Assembly (NCBI GenBank): GCA_038322885.1
Contig: JBBQGK010000005.1
Span: 1,508-65,507, forward strand
Direction: 5' to 3'
DNA length: 64,000 bases
Origin: Bacteriovoracales bacterium
Lineage (GTDB): Bacteria > Bdellovibrionota > Bacteriovoracia > Bacteriovoracales > Bacteriovoracaceae
Part shown: piece by piece, positions 9,508 to 19,474 of the stretch
Layout of the letters: every line of letters begins with the position of its first letter
How positions within the stretch are numbered: the first letter of the stretch is position 1
The notes under the pieces: generated by a model
Told to the model about the DNA's origin: nothing
Database searches by the model: none
Seen by the model: only the letters and a program-made list of their open reading frames with translations
Translations under genes and position numbers: made by a program

Positions 9508-11319
9508 ATGAATTTAAAGAACATTGCTATCGTAGCTCACGTCGATCACGGGAAAACAACCCTCGTCGATCAACTCTTAAGACAATCTGGCCTTTTCTCG
9601 GCCCATGAAGCTCTCACTGAGCGCGTGATGGATTCTGGCGATCTTGAAAAAGAACGCGGGATCACAATTAAAGCTAAAAACTGTTCGATTAACTGGAAAG
9701 GCACAAAAATTAACCTTCTCGATACTCCCGGACACGCCGATTTTGGTGGAGAAGTGGAACGTTCTTTGATGATGGTTGATGGAATTCTCCTTCTCGTTGA
9801 TGCCTCTGAGGGTCCTCTTCCTCAGACTCGTTTCGTTCTTGGTAAGGCACTTGCTCAAGGAATCCGCGTTGCGGTTTTCATCAACAAGGTTGACCGCGCC
9901 GATGAACGTATTGATGAAGTAAAAAATGAAGTTGAAGATCTTTTGCTTGAGCTCGCAACGATGGCCGGTAATGAAGAACTCGATATGGATATCGCATTCT
10001 ATTACGGCTCGGGTCGTACAGGTTACGCTTCAACAGATAAGAATGCTCGCGAAGGGTCTTTGACTCCGATGCTTGATTTCTTGGTGAGTGATTACTATCC
10101 ACCTCCGAAAGTTGATAAAGATGGCCCGGCACAACTTCTTGTGACGAACCTTTCTTACTCAAATTACCTCGGTGCTTTGATGGTTGGTCGAATTCAGCGT
10201 GGCGTGATCCAAAACAACAAACAGTTGATGTGGATTGGCCGCGATGACAAACCTAAAACATTTAAGGTTACCTCTCTTCAAATTTTTTCTGGTCTTGGTA
10301 TGGCGATTGTTGATTCAGCTGAAGCTGGAGAAATCGTCATTATTTCTGGATTCGAAAACGGGGACATCGGGGACACCCTCTGTGCTCCTGATAAACCTGA
10401 AGTTCTTCCACGTATTGAAGTAGAACCACCTACAGTATCAGTTCAGGTTTCTGTTAATACGGGACCTCTATCTGGTCGTGAAGGGGAGTATCTCACTTCT
10501 CGCCGTTTGGAAGAGTTTTTGATCGATGCTATTCGCAAAAACGTTTCACTTAAATACACCAACACTGATGATCCGAAAGTGTTCATCCTAAAAGCTCGTG
10601 GAGAGTTGCAAGTTGCTGTTGTATTCGAAGAAATTCGTCGTGAAGGGTTTGAGCTTATGATTGCTCGACCGCAAGTTATTACGAAAGAAGTTGATGGCGT
10701 CTTGATGGAACCATTTGAGCGCGTCGTTCTCGACGTTCCAAATGAATCGACTGGTGCAATCACAGAAAAAATGGCGATTCGGAAAGGTAAGATGGAGGCC
10801 ATGTCTCCTTTCGGTGAAGGCCGCACTCGAATGGAATTTACTGTTCCATCACGTGGACTCATTGGTTACCGTTCAACGTTCTTGACCGACACTAAAGGCC
10901 AGGGACTCATGTCATCTTACTTCGTTGGTTACGAGCCGTTCGTAGGAAAAATGCTCGCCCGTCAAAACGGTGCTCTCATTTCCGATCGTACGGGTAAAAT
11001 TACTCCTTACGCTCTCTTCAACCTTCTCGCCTCTGGAAGACAATTTGTTCTTCCGGGTGAAACGTCTTACGAAGGTCAGGTTGTTGGTGAGCACACACGG
11101 CCAAACGACTTGAACATCAACGTTTGCCGCGAAAAACATTTGACCTCTGTTCGTACTGCTGGAAAAGATGAAAACATTATTCTTCCACCAATCCCGCACA
11201 GAACTCTGGACTGGGCGCTGGACTGGATTGATGAAGATGAATGGGTTGAAGTCACTCCACAAAGTATCCGAGTCCGCAAAAAAGAACTCGTCACAACAAA
11301 ACGTTCGGTCATTCGATAG
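9508..11319 (+). CDS. typA: translational GTPase TypA/BipA
   Basis: AHVDHGKTT, ERGITI, DTPGHADFGGEVER, C-terminal EVTPQSIRVRK. Confidence 0.97.
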   Translation: MNLKNIAIVAHVDHGKTTLVDQLLRQSGLFSAHEALTERVMDSGDLEKERGITIKAKNCSINWKGTKINLLDTPGHADFGGEVERSLMMVDGILLLVDASEGPLPQTRFVLGKALAQGIRVAVFINKVDRADERIDEVKNEVEDLLLELATMAGNEELDMDIAFYYGSGRTGYASTDKNAREGSLTPMLDFLVSDYYPPPKVDKDGPAQLLVTNLSYSNYLGALMVGRIQRGVIQNNKQLMWIGRDDKPKTFKVTSLQIFSGLGMAIVDSAEAGEIVIISGFENGDIGDTLCAPDKPEVLPRIEVEPPTVSVQVSVNTGPLSGREGEYLTSRRLEEFLIDAIRKNVSLKYTNTDDPKVFILKARGELQVAVVFEEIRREGFELMIARPQVITKEVDGVLMEPFERVVLDVPNESTGAITEKMAIRKGKMEAMSPFGEGRTRMEFTVPSRGLIGYRSTFLTDTKGQGLMSSYFVGYEPFVGKMLARQNGALISDRTGKITPYALFNLLASGRQFVLPGETSYEGQVVGEHTRPNDLNINVCREKHLTSVRTAGKDENIILPPIPHRTLDWALDWIDEDEWVEVTPQSIRVRKKELVTTKRSVIR

Positions 11320-11327
11320 TAAAATCA

Positions 11328-11354
11328 GGGAGGTCTATGACCTCCCTTTTTTTT
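11328..11354 (+). terminator. Rho-independent terminator after typA
   Basis: GGGAGGTC-TAT-GACCTCCC followed by T8. Confidence 0.9.
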
Positions 11355-11407
11355 GCCTAAATATCAGACATCTTTAGAGACACTTAAATATTTCCACCAC
11401 ATTAACT

Positions 11408-11416
11408 TGCTATAAT
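11408..11416 (+). promoter_or_regulatory. extended -10 sigma70 promoter
   Basis: TG-C-TATAAT 28 nt upstream of the small ORF at 11444; no clear -35. Confidence 0.55.
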
Positions 11417-11443
11417 TTATAAGAGTAATTCAAGGAGGATTCT

Positions 11444-11533
11444 ATGATCACATTTCTCATCTTGACCGGACTGGGCGTTGGGATTTATCTCGGCATTAGT
11501 CGCAAAAATTCAAATACATCTCTTCCAAAGTAG
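11444..11533 (+). CDS. small single-TM protein (29 aa), not in ORF track
   Basis: MITFLILTGLGVGIYLGISRKNSNTSLPK; AAGGAGG RBS immediately upstream; stop 5 nt before next ATG. Confidence 0.7.
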   Translation: MITFLILTGLGVGIYLGISRKNSNTSLPK

Positions 11534-11538
11534 GTTTT

Positions 11539-11865
11539 ATGAAAATCTTTATCTTTTCTACACTCATCCTAGGATTCGTCGCCATGAATGCCAAAGGTGT
11601 AACAAGCTATGCTCCGAATGATGGAATGAATTCGCCTGGAACATTTAATTCCAAGAGCACAACAGCAACAAGATCAAGCGATAAGGCGGGAATGCAAATT
11701 CCGATAGGAGAAGATCAGGTTAGCCCGCAGAAAATGAACTCATCTCCCAATCCCGCTCCTACCAATGATGAGATTGGGGACTCTTCCTACGGCGAAACGA
11801 TTGTAAAACCCTTTAAACAGTCTCAGGAAGCCAAACCAAATAAAAAGACCCTACCAAAACAGTAG
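11539..11865 (+). CDS. secreted low-complexity hypothetical protein
   Basis: Signal peptide MKIFIFSTLILGFVAMNA; Pro/Ser/Asn-rich mature part. Confidence 0.75.
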   Translation: MKIFIFSTLILGFVAMNAKGVTSYAPNDGMNSPGTFNSKSTTATRSSDKAGMQIPIGEDQVSPQKMNSSPNPAPTNDEIGDSSYGETIVKPFKQSQEAKPNKKTLPKQ

Positions 11866-11868
11866 AGT

Positions 11869-11896
11869 TTAAGTTTTAGTCCTTCACCGTCGATAA
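11869..11896 (+). promoter_or_regulatory. sigma28 (FliA)-like promoter
   Basis: TTAAG-N15-GTCGATAA upstream of the GGAGG RBS of the 11914 gene. Confidence 0.55.
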
Positions 11897-11913
11897 GACA
11901 GTTGGAGGACCTT

Positions 11914-12171
11914 ATGAAAATTTCTTATCTCACGATCGCTCTTTTGCTCACTTTCGCTGCCTGGTCAAAGACTGAAGTAAAAGACTTCAATAAAGTTCTC
12001 CTCAACGCCGTTGAAAAAGACGTCAAAGATGAACACAATGATAAGTTTCGTAAAGTAGGAAGGGGTCCGGCCTCAGTTGAAGAAGATGTGCAAGAAGATC
12101 GCTTTGTTGATGATACTAAAAAAATAGATAGATCAAATTTCCGCCAGATCGGTGGGCCAAGTAAATGGTGA
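11914..12171 (+). CDS. small secreted hypothetical protein with RGPAS motif
   Basis: Signal peptide MKISYLTIALLLTFAAWS; GGAGG at 11904-11908 places the start at 11914. Confidence 0.75.
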   Translation: MKISYLTIALLLTFAAWSKTEVKDFNKVLLNAVEKDVKDEHNDKFRKVGRGPASVEEDVQEDRFVDDTKKIDRSNFRQIGGPSKW

Positions 12172-12201
12172 GAGATTTTACCTCTCACCATATTCATCAT
12201 C

Positions 12202-12936
12202 TTATTTAAGAAGTTTACCCAAGAAATCCACAGGGATCGGAAAGAATGTTGTGGAGCTGTTATTTGATCCTGCAATTTCTCTCATCGTTTCTAAGAAACG
12301 AAGAGTAATCGCGTCCTTCTGTTCTCCTAACACCTGCGCAGCTTCAGCAAGTTTCTTCGAGGCCTCAAACTCGCCCTGAGCAGAAATAATCTTCGCCCGC
12401 TTCTCACGTTCGGCTTCAGCTTGCTTCGCCATTGCCCTTTGCATTTCTACCGGAAGATCGATGGCCTTAACCTCAACGTTTGTAACCTTGATTCCCCAAG
12501 GTTCAGTAAGTTCATCTAGAATTTCCTGAAGACGAACATTGATCTTGTCTCTATGAGCGATGATGTCATCGAGTTCATACTGTCCAACCACTGAGCGCAA
12601 TGTCGTCTGCGCAATTTGGGCTGTCGCCTGGTAGTAGTTTTCAACAGTAATGATCGCAAATTCGGGATTACTTACCTTGAAATAAACCACGCCGTTAACC
12701 TTGAGAGTGACGTTATCTTTCGAGATGATGTCCTGAGAGGGAACGTCCATCGTCACGAGACGGAGATCAACCTTCGTCATCTTTTCAATCCCAGGAATGA
12801 GGATGATGAGACCGGGGCCTCTGACTCCTGAGAATTTTCCGAGACGAAAGATCACTCCTCGCTCGTATTCATTTAAAATCTTAAATGTGCTGAAGAGGAT
12901 CAGCCCGGCGAAAATTAAAAAAGGCAAAAACATCAT
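12202..12936 (-). CDS. SPFH domain (stomatin/slipin) protein
   Basis: [14 protein letters not shown]-like [28 protein letters not shown]. Confidence 0.93.
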   Translation of the reverse strand: MMFLPFLIFAGLILFSTFKILNEYERGVIFRLGKFSGVRGPGLIILIPGIEKMTKVDLRLVTMDVPSQDIISKDNVTLKVNGVVYFKVSNPEFAIITVENYYQATAQIAQTTLRSVVGQYELDDIIAHRDKINVRLQEILDELTEPWGIKVTNVEVKAIDLPVEMQRAMAKQAEAEREKRAKIISAQGEFEASKKLAEAAQVLGEQKDAITLRFLETMREIAGSNNSSTTFFPIPVDFLGKLLK

Positions 12937-12946
12937 GATAAACTCC

Positions 12947-14245
12947 TTATCTTCTTTTGATTTGAACTAAAAGTTTTTTAGGGTCGACTTTTTCGACCAA
13001 GATTTCTTCATTGATCATGAGTTCATCCACGGAAGTTGCATTCCAGATTTCTCCTCTCACTTTCACTTGATAAATATTTTCCTTTTTTGACATCACGATC
13101 CCCGCTGCATTTTCAGGTAGGAAAAAATTTTTGCCGATTTGAGGTTTTTTCTTTTCACGCCAAAGGTAAATAAACATGCAACCAATCGCGGTTAAAACTC
13201 CGGCCAAGGCCGAATAAATAATTGAGTATTGAACGGAAATAAAACCCGAATGATGTTGAAATAAAAAAAGGGATCCGAGTCCGAAGAAGATGACTCCTCC
13301 GATGAAGAGGGCACCATAGCTTGTGACGTAAAGCTCGACGATGAAAAGAAAGAGTCCAATTATCATCATGCCGAATGCCCCCCAGTCGAGCGGTAAAACC
13401 TGGAATGCCATTCCCGATATCAGCATAAGGCAAAAGCCCACGGCGCCGGCGATGTAGCCCCCTGGTGCCTGAAACTCGAAGAAGACCAATGCCATTCCGA
13501 TTAAAAAAAGAATGTAAGCAGTATTCGGATTGGAAAGATTATCAAGAATCTTTTGAGCAGAGCTTGGTTCATAGCTTTTCGAAGTGAGAGCATCTGAAAA
13601 ATGAATTTTTGTCATCTTCCCATGAAACTTGAACTCACGGTCCTTCAAGAGCCCTACGATCTCTTTTTGGTTGACCGCAATTCCATCAATGATTTTTTCA
13701 TTAAGGGCTTCCTGAGCTGTGTAGGATTCAGCTTTTTCCACCATCAACTCAAACGGATGTCCTGGACGATTTCTTTCAAGTGATAGTGATCTCACAAGTG
13801 ACTTTAGATCATTCATTGCCTTTCTTCGACCATCACTCTCTTTGAGGTCCCCGTTAACTCCGACCGGTGTCGCAGCACCCATAATCGTTCCCGGTGCCAT
13901 GAGGATAAAATGGGCACCCGAAGCAATGATGGCCCCAGCACTAGCGGCACTCGCACTTTCCGGTGTGATCCAGATTGCCACGGGATTTTTATCCTGGGCC
14001 ATCATTGAGATAATTTCTTTAGTCGTTGAAACGAGTCCACCCGGGGTATTCATCTTGATGATGATTAAAGAGTGTTCGGGTACTTTTTTAAACTGTGTTG
14101 AGAGATAGTCATAAGTGGCCGGAGTGATGGCCGACTGAATTTGAAAGTAGCTCATCTCATGAATAAGAAAATCTTGTGTGAGAGCAAGGTTTGGTAAAAC
14201 TCCCAAGACAAGGGGGAGTAGTTGAATTAGAATTGAACGATTCAT
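12947..14245 (-). CDS. NfeD family membrane-bound serine protease (long form)
   Basis: NTPGGLV, ASAGAII, GAATPV, TM bundle, C-terminal OB ([10 protein letters not shown]); directly upstream of SPFH gene; start set at MNRS. Confidence 0.9.
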   Translation of the reverse strand: MNRSILIQLLPLVLGVLPNLALTQDFLIHEMSYFQIQSAITPATYDYLSTQFKKVPEHSLIIIKMNTPGGLVSTTKEIISMMAQDKNPVAIWITPESASAASAGAIIASGAHFILMAPGTIMGAATPVGVNGDLKESDGRRKAMNDLKSLVRSLSLERNRPGHPFELMVEKAESYTAQEALNEKIIDGIAVNQKEIVGLLKDREFKFHGKMTKIHFSDALTSKSYEPSSAQKILDNLSNPNTAYILFLIGMALVFFEFQAPGGYIAGAVGFCLMLISGMAFQVLPLDWGAFGMMIIGLFLFIVELYVTSYGALFIGGVIFFGLGSLFLFQHHSGFISVQYSIIYSALAGVLTAIGCMFIYLWREKKKPQIGKNFFLPENAAGIVMSKKENIYQVKVRGEIWNATSVDELMINEEILVEKVDPKKLLVQIKRR

Positions 14246-14274
14246 AGGGTAAGGGTATTGAAAAAAGGTCGACC

Positions 14275-15579
14275 ATGGCAACGCAAAAATTCACTTTCTA
14301 TCAGGCAGCCATTCTCAATCCATTAGACGATAAAAAATGTGATTATCTTCATGAAGGGATGCTCGTCGTGCGGGGCAAGGGAGGGACTTCTACTATTGCA
14401 GACGTTCTGCCACTAGACATTGCGAAAAAAAAATACGCGAAAATGATAACCAAAAAAAACACGTTCATTTATAAAAATTCTGTGATTATGCCCGGCTTCT
14501 ATGACATGCACTTTCATTGGGTCCAGGATGATGTTCGTCAAATGCCAAAAGATTCTCTTCTCACCTGGCTTGAGAAATATACTTTCCCGACTGAGATACG
14601 GTATGGAAAAAAAGCCTATGCACAGAAGAAGGCGAAAGAGTTTTTTCGTAAGCTTGAAAAATCGGGAACACTCGGTGGTGCATGCTACAGTTCTATTCAT
14701 GAGCACGCTGTGGAAGCTGCGATGAAGGAAGTTACTGGTGATTTTGTGATCGGTAACGTGATCATGAATATGAATTCTCCGAAAGATCTGACTCAATCTG
14801 AGGAGGAATCAATTGGCCTGACAAAGAGACTCTTAAAAAAATTTGGAAAACGTCACGCTTTCACTCCCAGATTTGCGATCACCACGACTCCTAAAGTGAT
14901 GAGCGAAGGGTCTAGGCTCGCCGATAAAGCAAAATCTTTCAAGCAAACACATCTCTCTGAAACTCCCCAGGAGATCGATTTTGTTCTCTCGCTCTATAGG
15001 GCAATTCCGGGTTTTGAAAAGGTCTCTTCTTATACTGAGATTTACGAAAAAACGGGAATGTTAGGTCCTCGTTCATTAATGGGACATGGCATTCATCTAT
15101 CCGCCAAAGAATTGAAAACTCTTCATAAGACTTCAACGTCTGTCATTCATTGCCCAACTTCCAACGCTCCCATCGAAGAACAGGGGTTGGGGTCAGGTCT
15201 ATTTGATTTTAGAAAAATCGAGAAAGCAAAAGTTCGCTGGGCCCTGGGCTCAGACATTGGGGGAGGGCCTTATCTTTCTATGTTTGATGTCATGAGAAGT
15301 TTCGTAGACCAAAATAAATCGATAGGTGTGAAGGAAGCTACCTTTGTGAAGGCCCTCTACCGTGCCACTCTGGCAGGAGCTGAGATTCTTGGTCTTGGGA
15401 AAAAATGCGGAAACCTTGTAAAAGGAAAAAAAGCGAATTTTATTGTCGTGCCTATGGGCCTGAAATCTGACACTGCTGAAGAAGTTTTAAACAATCTGAT
15501 TCATCCTTTGAGAAAAAAGCGTGACCGTTATGATTCTCTTGTTAAGTCTGCCTATTTTCAGGGCGAAAAAATCTCTTAA
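14275..15579 (+). CDS. guaD: guanine deaminase
   Basis: PGFYDMHFHW, TPRFAI, QTHLSE, HCPTSN, LGSDIGGG. Confidence 0.9.
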   Translation: MATQKFTFYQAAILNPLDDKKCDYLHEGMLVVRGKGGTSTIADVLPLDIAKKKYAKMITKKNTFIYKNSVIMPGFYDMHFHWVQDDVRQMPKDSLLTWLEKYTFPTEIRYGKKAYAQKKAKEFFRKLEKSGTLGGACYSSIHEHAVEAAMKEVTGDFVIGNVIMNMNSPKDLTQSEEESIGLTKRLLKKFGKRHAFTPRFAITTTPKVMSEGSRLADKAKSFKQTHLSETPQEIDFVLSLYRAIPGFEKVSSYTEIYEKTGMLGPRSLMGHGIHLSAKELKTLHKTSTSVIHCPTSNAPIEEQGLGSGLFDFRKIEKAKVRWALGSDIGGGPYLSMFDVMRSFVDQNKSIGVKEATFVKALYRATLAGAEILGLGKKCGNLVKGKKANFIVVPMGLKSDTAEEVLNNLIHPLRKKRDRYDSLVKSAYFQGEKIS

Positions 15580-15743
15580 CCTTTATTCGACATTTATTTT
15601 TGCCAAAAGCTGTCTAATGTCTAGACGGCCACGACTTTTGCAACTTTACACTATCGTCTCAATATCTTGAAACCAATGCGTAAACCTTAATCTAGGAAAA
15701 TTTACGAAGGATAATAGATGAAGAAGATATTAACGAGGAGCTA

Positions 15744-16112
15744 ATGATGTCCCCTAAGACAAAGATCCTTTACATAGATGACGAGACGGATCTCCTTGAT
15801 CTCGCAGCTTCATTTTTTGAAGAGGAAAACATCCCCATCCATACTTGCACACACCTGCAGGGTGCCCTCGAGATGGTTAGAAGCAACGATTACGATCTCA
15901 TTATTACAGACGTAAGGATGCCTACAGGAAATGGTTTTGAACTCCTCAGCACCATACGTAAAGAAGGACATTTCAAGGGCAAGGTCATCATGGTGACTGG
16001 AAATGTTGATACGGTAAACGACGCCAACACTCATGGCTTTGACAAGGTTCTCTTTAAGCCACTTCGTTTTCAAGAACTGATCGATCAGGTCAAAACTCTT
16101 CTCAAGTTATAA
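15744..16112 (+). CDS. single-domain response regulator (receiver only)
   Basis: YIDDE, IITDVRMP, VTG, KP. Confidence 0.92.
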   Translation: MMSPKTKILYIDDETDLLDLAASFFEEENIPIHTCTHLQGALEMVRSNDYDLIITDVRMPTGNGFELLSTIRKEGHFKGKVIMVTGNVDTVNDANTHGFDKVLFKPLRFQELIDQVKTLLKL

Positions 16113-16868
16113 GTCGAGCTCTAAGATCACAGGGCAGTGGTCGGAGCCTTTGACCAAAGGTTGAATCGTGGCCGATTTCACAAAGGGTACAAGCTCAGGG
16201 CTGATAAAGAAATAATCAATTCTCCATCCAATGTTCCTGTCCCTCGCTCCATAGAAATTACTCCACCATGTGTATTGTCCTGTTTCTCCAGGATGCAAAT
16301 GCCGAAAGATATCAACCCAACCTGCCTTAACGAATTTATCCATCCACTCGCGCTCGAGAGGGAGAAACCCTGTCGTATTTTTATTTGATTTTGGGTTCGC
16401 AAGATCAATCTCTGTATGAGCAATATTGTAGTCACCGGTGATGATGACGGGCTTTTTCTTCTTCAATGTATTTATTCTCTTGAGGATGAGATCGCAGAAT
16501 TCCATCTTGAAGGGGACTCTCTTGTGGTCGCGCTGACCGTTTGGGAAATAACAATTTAGCAAATAAAATTTTTCAAATTCGTGAATTAGAACTCGTCCTT
16601 CATCGTCGTATTCACTCTGGTTGACTTTTTTAGTGTCAAGGATTTTTTCCCGAGAAAAAGTTGCAACACCCGAGTAGCCTTTCTTAACCGCGGAACTATG
16701 GAAAACTTCGTGTTCCTCCATTTCCATGAGTTGTTGAGGGAATTGTGTAATGTCTGCTTTAGTTTCCTGTAGGCATAGGATATCTGGTGATTCCCGAGTG
16801 AACCATTCTAGAAATCCTTTGTTATACACAGAGCGTATACCGTTAACGTTCCACGAAATGAGCTTCAT
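16107..16868 (-). CDS. xth: exodeoxyribonuclease III
   Basis: SWNVNGIR, LQETK, GDYNIAH, GWRIDYF, GSDHCP. Confidence 0.95.
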   Translation of the reverse strand: MKLISWNVNGIRSVYNKGFLEWFTRESPDILCLQETKADITQFPQQLMEMEEHEVFHSSAVKKGYSGVATFSREKILDTKKVNQSEYDDEGRVLIHEFEKFYLLNCYFPNGQRDHKRVPFKMEFCDLILKRINTLKKKKPVIITGDYNIAHTEIDLANPKSNKNTTGFLPLEREWMDKFVKAGWVDIFRHLHPGETGQYTWWSNFYGARDRNIGWRIDYFFISPELVPFVKSATIQPLVKGSDHCPVILELDL

Positions 16869-16902
16869 AAAATATTTTCCTAGATGTTTTAAAATTCAAA
16901 AT

Positions 16903-16910
16903 GCCGATAA
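16903..16910 (+). promoter_or_regulatory. sigma28-type -10 element
   Basis: Perfect GCCGATAA upstream of the HTH gene; -35 element not convincing. Confidence 0.35.
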
Positions 16911-17001
16911 GATGAATAATAAATTTTTTGTGAATGGTGAATGACATTCTAAAAAAAATGACTATTATTTTCAATCTCGCCCCAACCCTGACGGAGAACA
17001 C

Positions 17002-17352
17002 ATGCGTTGCTTTAAGAACATTGCTCAACTTATTCGAACAAGAAGAATGAATCACCCAAAACAATTCTCACAATCAGAATTATCACATCTCCTTGGCTAC
17101 AAAAATGGTCAGTTCATCTCCAACGTTGAACGAGCACTTTGTAATATTCCTTTGAAGATGCTCCGTAAAGTTTCTGAGGTCCTCGACATTCCTTCGGAAG
17201 ATTTAAAGGCCGCTATTTTGAGAGATCAAGAAGAGACGTTGAACAACTACCTCTATAACCTGAAGACAACGAAGAAAGAAAAAACGACGACAGAAGTGAC
17301 GGCAACGGCCCATGCTCCAATCTATGGTGCAACTGGAACTGACGGAATCTAA
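17002..17352 (+). CDS. XRE-family helix-turn-helix regulator
   Basis: SQSELSHLLGYKNGQFISNVERALC HTH pattern. Confidence 0.85.
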   Translation: MRCFKNIAQLIRTRRMNHPKQFSQSELSHLLGYKNGQFISNVERALCNIPLKMLRKVSEVLDIPSEDLKAAILRDQEETLNNYLYNLKTTKKEKTTTEVTATAHAPIYGATGTDGI

Positions 17353-17375
17353 TTTTCAAATTTAAATGAATCATT

Positions 17376-17409
17376 AAACGGGCAGGCTTAGGTCTGCCCG
17401 TTTTGTTTT
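17376..17409. terminator. likely bidirectional intrinsic terminator
   Basis: AAACGGGCAG-8nt-CTGCCCGTTT followed by TGTTTT, between convergent genes. Confidence 0.8.
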
Positions 17410-17410
17410 A

Positions 17411-17490
17411 CACGCCCTGGCCTGCCCAGGTGAGTGTTTCAGCTCTCAGGCCTCATTCATCATTATGCCAAGGCTTCGGCGCCTTACGTG
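17411..17490. ncRNA. candidate structured RNA element (four abutting hairpins in a closing stem); family unknown
   Basis: CACG/CGTG closes CCTGG/CCAGG, TGAG/CTCA, GGC/GCC and AAGGC/GCCTT stems with almost no linkers. Confidence 0.3.
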
Positions 17491-17554
17491 ACCTCTAAAA
17501 GCCATTTAAAAAATTGATAAAATAAGGATGAAAATGAAAGCGAGAAGAAAGGGC

Positions 17555-18247
17555 TTACGCCTGCCCTTTCATTTTGAGATAGTCTTCAAAACTGCCCACA
17601 GATTCTTCAGTGTCGTCTTTGTATTCATCGAAAGCTTCTTTCTGAGATTCTTTAAAATGTGGATCTTCATTTTCATCAGGTTGAAAATCCGCTTTCGCGA
17701 TCTCTTCGGGATTCCATCCACGATTATTTGAATAGGTCAGATCAGGTCTATACCGTTCTGTTTTACGCTTTTCCAAGGCCTCTCTTTGCCAAGGCTCTAA
17801 ACTATCTTCAAAACGACGAAGATGTTCAATTGAATCTGAAAAATTCCGCTCAAGCCGGCGGAGTTGTCGATCATCAACTCTATTAAAGTAATCGTAATAC
17901 TTTCTTCGAGTGATCAAGTGCTGCTCAAGAAGATTATCGTATTTCACTAAAACCTGATTCGTTGTGAGAACGCGACCACTGCGAGAGCGCGAACGATTTC
18001 CTCCACCCTGGCCTTGCTGTCTTGAACCCTGACCGTCATTAGGCCCACGCTGTTGGTTCGGATTTTGTCCCTGAGGTCTGGATTGCTGATTAGGATTTGC
18101 GTTTTGTGGTCTATCACCTTGAGGTCTGTTTGGGCCACCTTGTCCACCGCGACTCGGACGACGACGACGTCTTTGTCCACCATTTCCTCCAGAGCTGCCT
18201 TGGCCGCCTTGTGGTGGTGGACTAGAATTTGGATGGGATTCAGACAC
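17555..18247 (-). CDS. hypothetical protein with Gly/Gln/Arg/Asn/Pro-rich disordered N-terminus
   Basis: About 90 aa low-complexity region (RRRRR, repeated QG/NP/RP) then a helical domain and acidic tail. Confidence 0.8.
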   Translation of the reverse strand: MSESHPNSSPPPQGGQGSSGGNGGQRRRRRPSRGGQGGPNRPQGDRPQNANPNQQSRPQGQNPNQQRGPNDGQGSRQQGQGGGNRSRSRSGRVLTTNQVLVKYDNLLEQHLITRRKYYDYFNRVDDRQLRRLERNFSDSIEHLRRFEDSLEPWQREALEKRKTERYRPDLTYSNNRGWNPEEIAKADFQPDENEDPHFKESQKEAFDEYKDDTEESVGSFEDYLKMKGQA

Positions 18248-18396
18248 AAAAGCTCCTCAGAATTAAAAACTCTTTTAGTCTTAATACTATGCTCCAAGCT
18301 TAGAATTTGTCCAGTTGATCCGAATAATAGGTGAGAAAGATCTCTGTTTCCTCTATAATGATGAGCATATTCAACTGATTCTCATGGAGGAATTAT

Positions 18397-19386
18397 ATGG
18401 CCAGAAAAAGAGTCAAAGTCGCCGTTACTGGTGCTGCCGGACAAATCGGATATGCCCTGCTTTTCAGAATAGCTTCTGGACAGATGTTTGGAAATGAAAC
18501 TGATGTCGAGCTTCAGTTGCTCGAGCTTGAGCCGGCCCTTCCTGCGCTGAAGGGTGTAGCGATGGAGCTTGAGGATTGCGCTTTCCCACTTCTAAAAAAT
18601 ATCGTTCTCACTTCTGATCTCAATACTGCATTTAAAGATGCGAACTGGGTTGTTTGCGTTGGTGCTGTTCCTCGTAAAGATGGAATGGAGAGGGCCGACC
18701 TTCTCAAAATCAATGGTGGGATTTTCACTGCACAAGCAAAAGCCGTCGAGAAATCTGCAGCAAGTGATGTGAGAGTTTTTGTTGTTGGTAACCCATGTAA
18801 CACGAACGCCTTGATCGCGATGAATAACGCAAAAGGGATTCCAGCAGACAGATTCTTTGCAATGACTTCTCTCGACGAGAACCGTGCGAAGTCTCAACTT
18901 GCGATCAAAGCAGGGGTCGATATTACGACAGTTAAAAACATGACGATTTGGGGTAACCACTCTGCTTCTCAGTATCCAGATTTCTACAATGCTACAATTA
19001 ACGGTAAGCCTGTTACGGATGTTATTTCTGATCTTGAATGGCTCAAAGGTGACTTTCTCAAGACAGTTCAACAACGAGGAGCCGCAATTATTAAAGCACG
19101 CGGTCTTTCTTCTGCTGCCTCAGCTGCGAACGCTGCAGTTGATGGTGTCCATAGACTTGTTATGGATACTGCCGCTGGCGAGACTTTTTCTATGTGTCTT
19201 GCCTCAAATGGTGAGTACGGTGTTGATAAAGGTCTTATCTTCTCTTACCCGTGCCGTGTTGAAGGTGGAAAACTTAAAGTCATCGAAGGCATCAAGCATA
19301 ATGAGTTTGGAACTGAAAAGTTCAAAGCAACATTGGAAGAACTTCGTGGCGAAAGAGATGCCGTTAAGTCTTTAGGCCTCATTTAA
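18397..19386 (+). CDS. mdh: malate dehydrogenase
   Basis: [37 protein letters not shown]. Confidence 0.97.
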   Translation: MARKRVKVAVTGAAGQIGYALLFRIASGQMFGNETDVELQLLELEPALPALKGVAMELEDCAFPLLKNIVLTSDLNTAFKDANWVVCVGAVPRKDGMERADLLKINGGIFTAQAKAVEKSAASDVRVFVVGNPCNTNALIAMNNAKGIPADRFFAMTSLDENRAKSQLAIKAGVDITTVKNMTIWGNHSASQYPDFYNATINGKPVTDVISDLEWLKGDFLKTVQQRGAAIIKARGLSSAASAANAAVDGVHRLVMDTAAGETFSMCLASNGEYGVDKGLIFSYPCRVEGGKLKVIEGIKHNEFGTEKFKATLEELRGERDAVKSLGLI

Positions 19387-19401
19387 CGTTAATTTTCAGT
19401 C

Positions 19402-19438
19402 AAGGGCCCATTGCAGGTCATGCTTTGGGCCCTTTTTT
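19402..19438 (+). terminator. intrinsic terminator after mdh
   Basis: AAGGGCCCA...TGGGCCCTT followed by T-tract. Confidence 0.8.
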
Positions 19439-19474
19439 CTTGTCAAAAAACAACACTTTCCCTATAAAAATCTA

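Noticed and set aside
14245-14275. Very short gap between divergent nfeD and guaD starts as a shared regulatory system
   Set aside because: No operator or promoter motif visible and no functional link between the products; compact packing is common in this window.
17408-17470. Hammerhead ribozyme on minus strand (ATGATGA...GAAAC...GTGTA)
   Set aside because: Core C3 is missing and stems I and II cannot form.
17440-17482. Glycine riboswitch (CTCTCAGG and CGCCGAAG fragments)
   Set aside because: The two fragments are on opposite strands and no gene start lies downstream.
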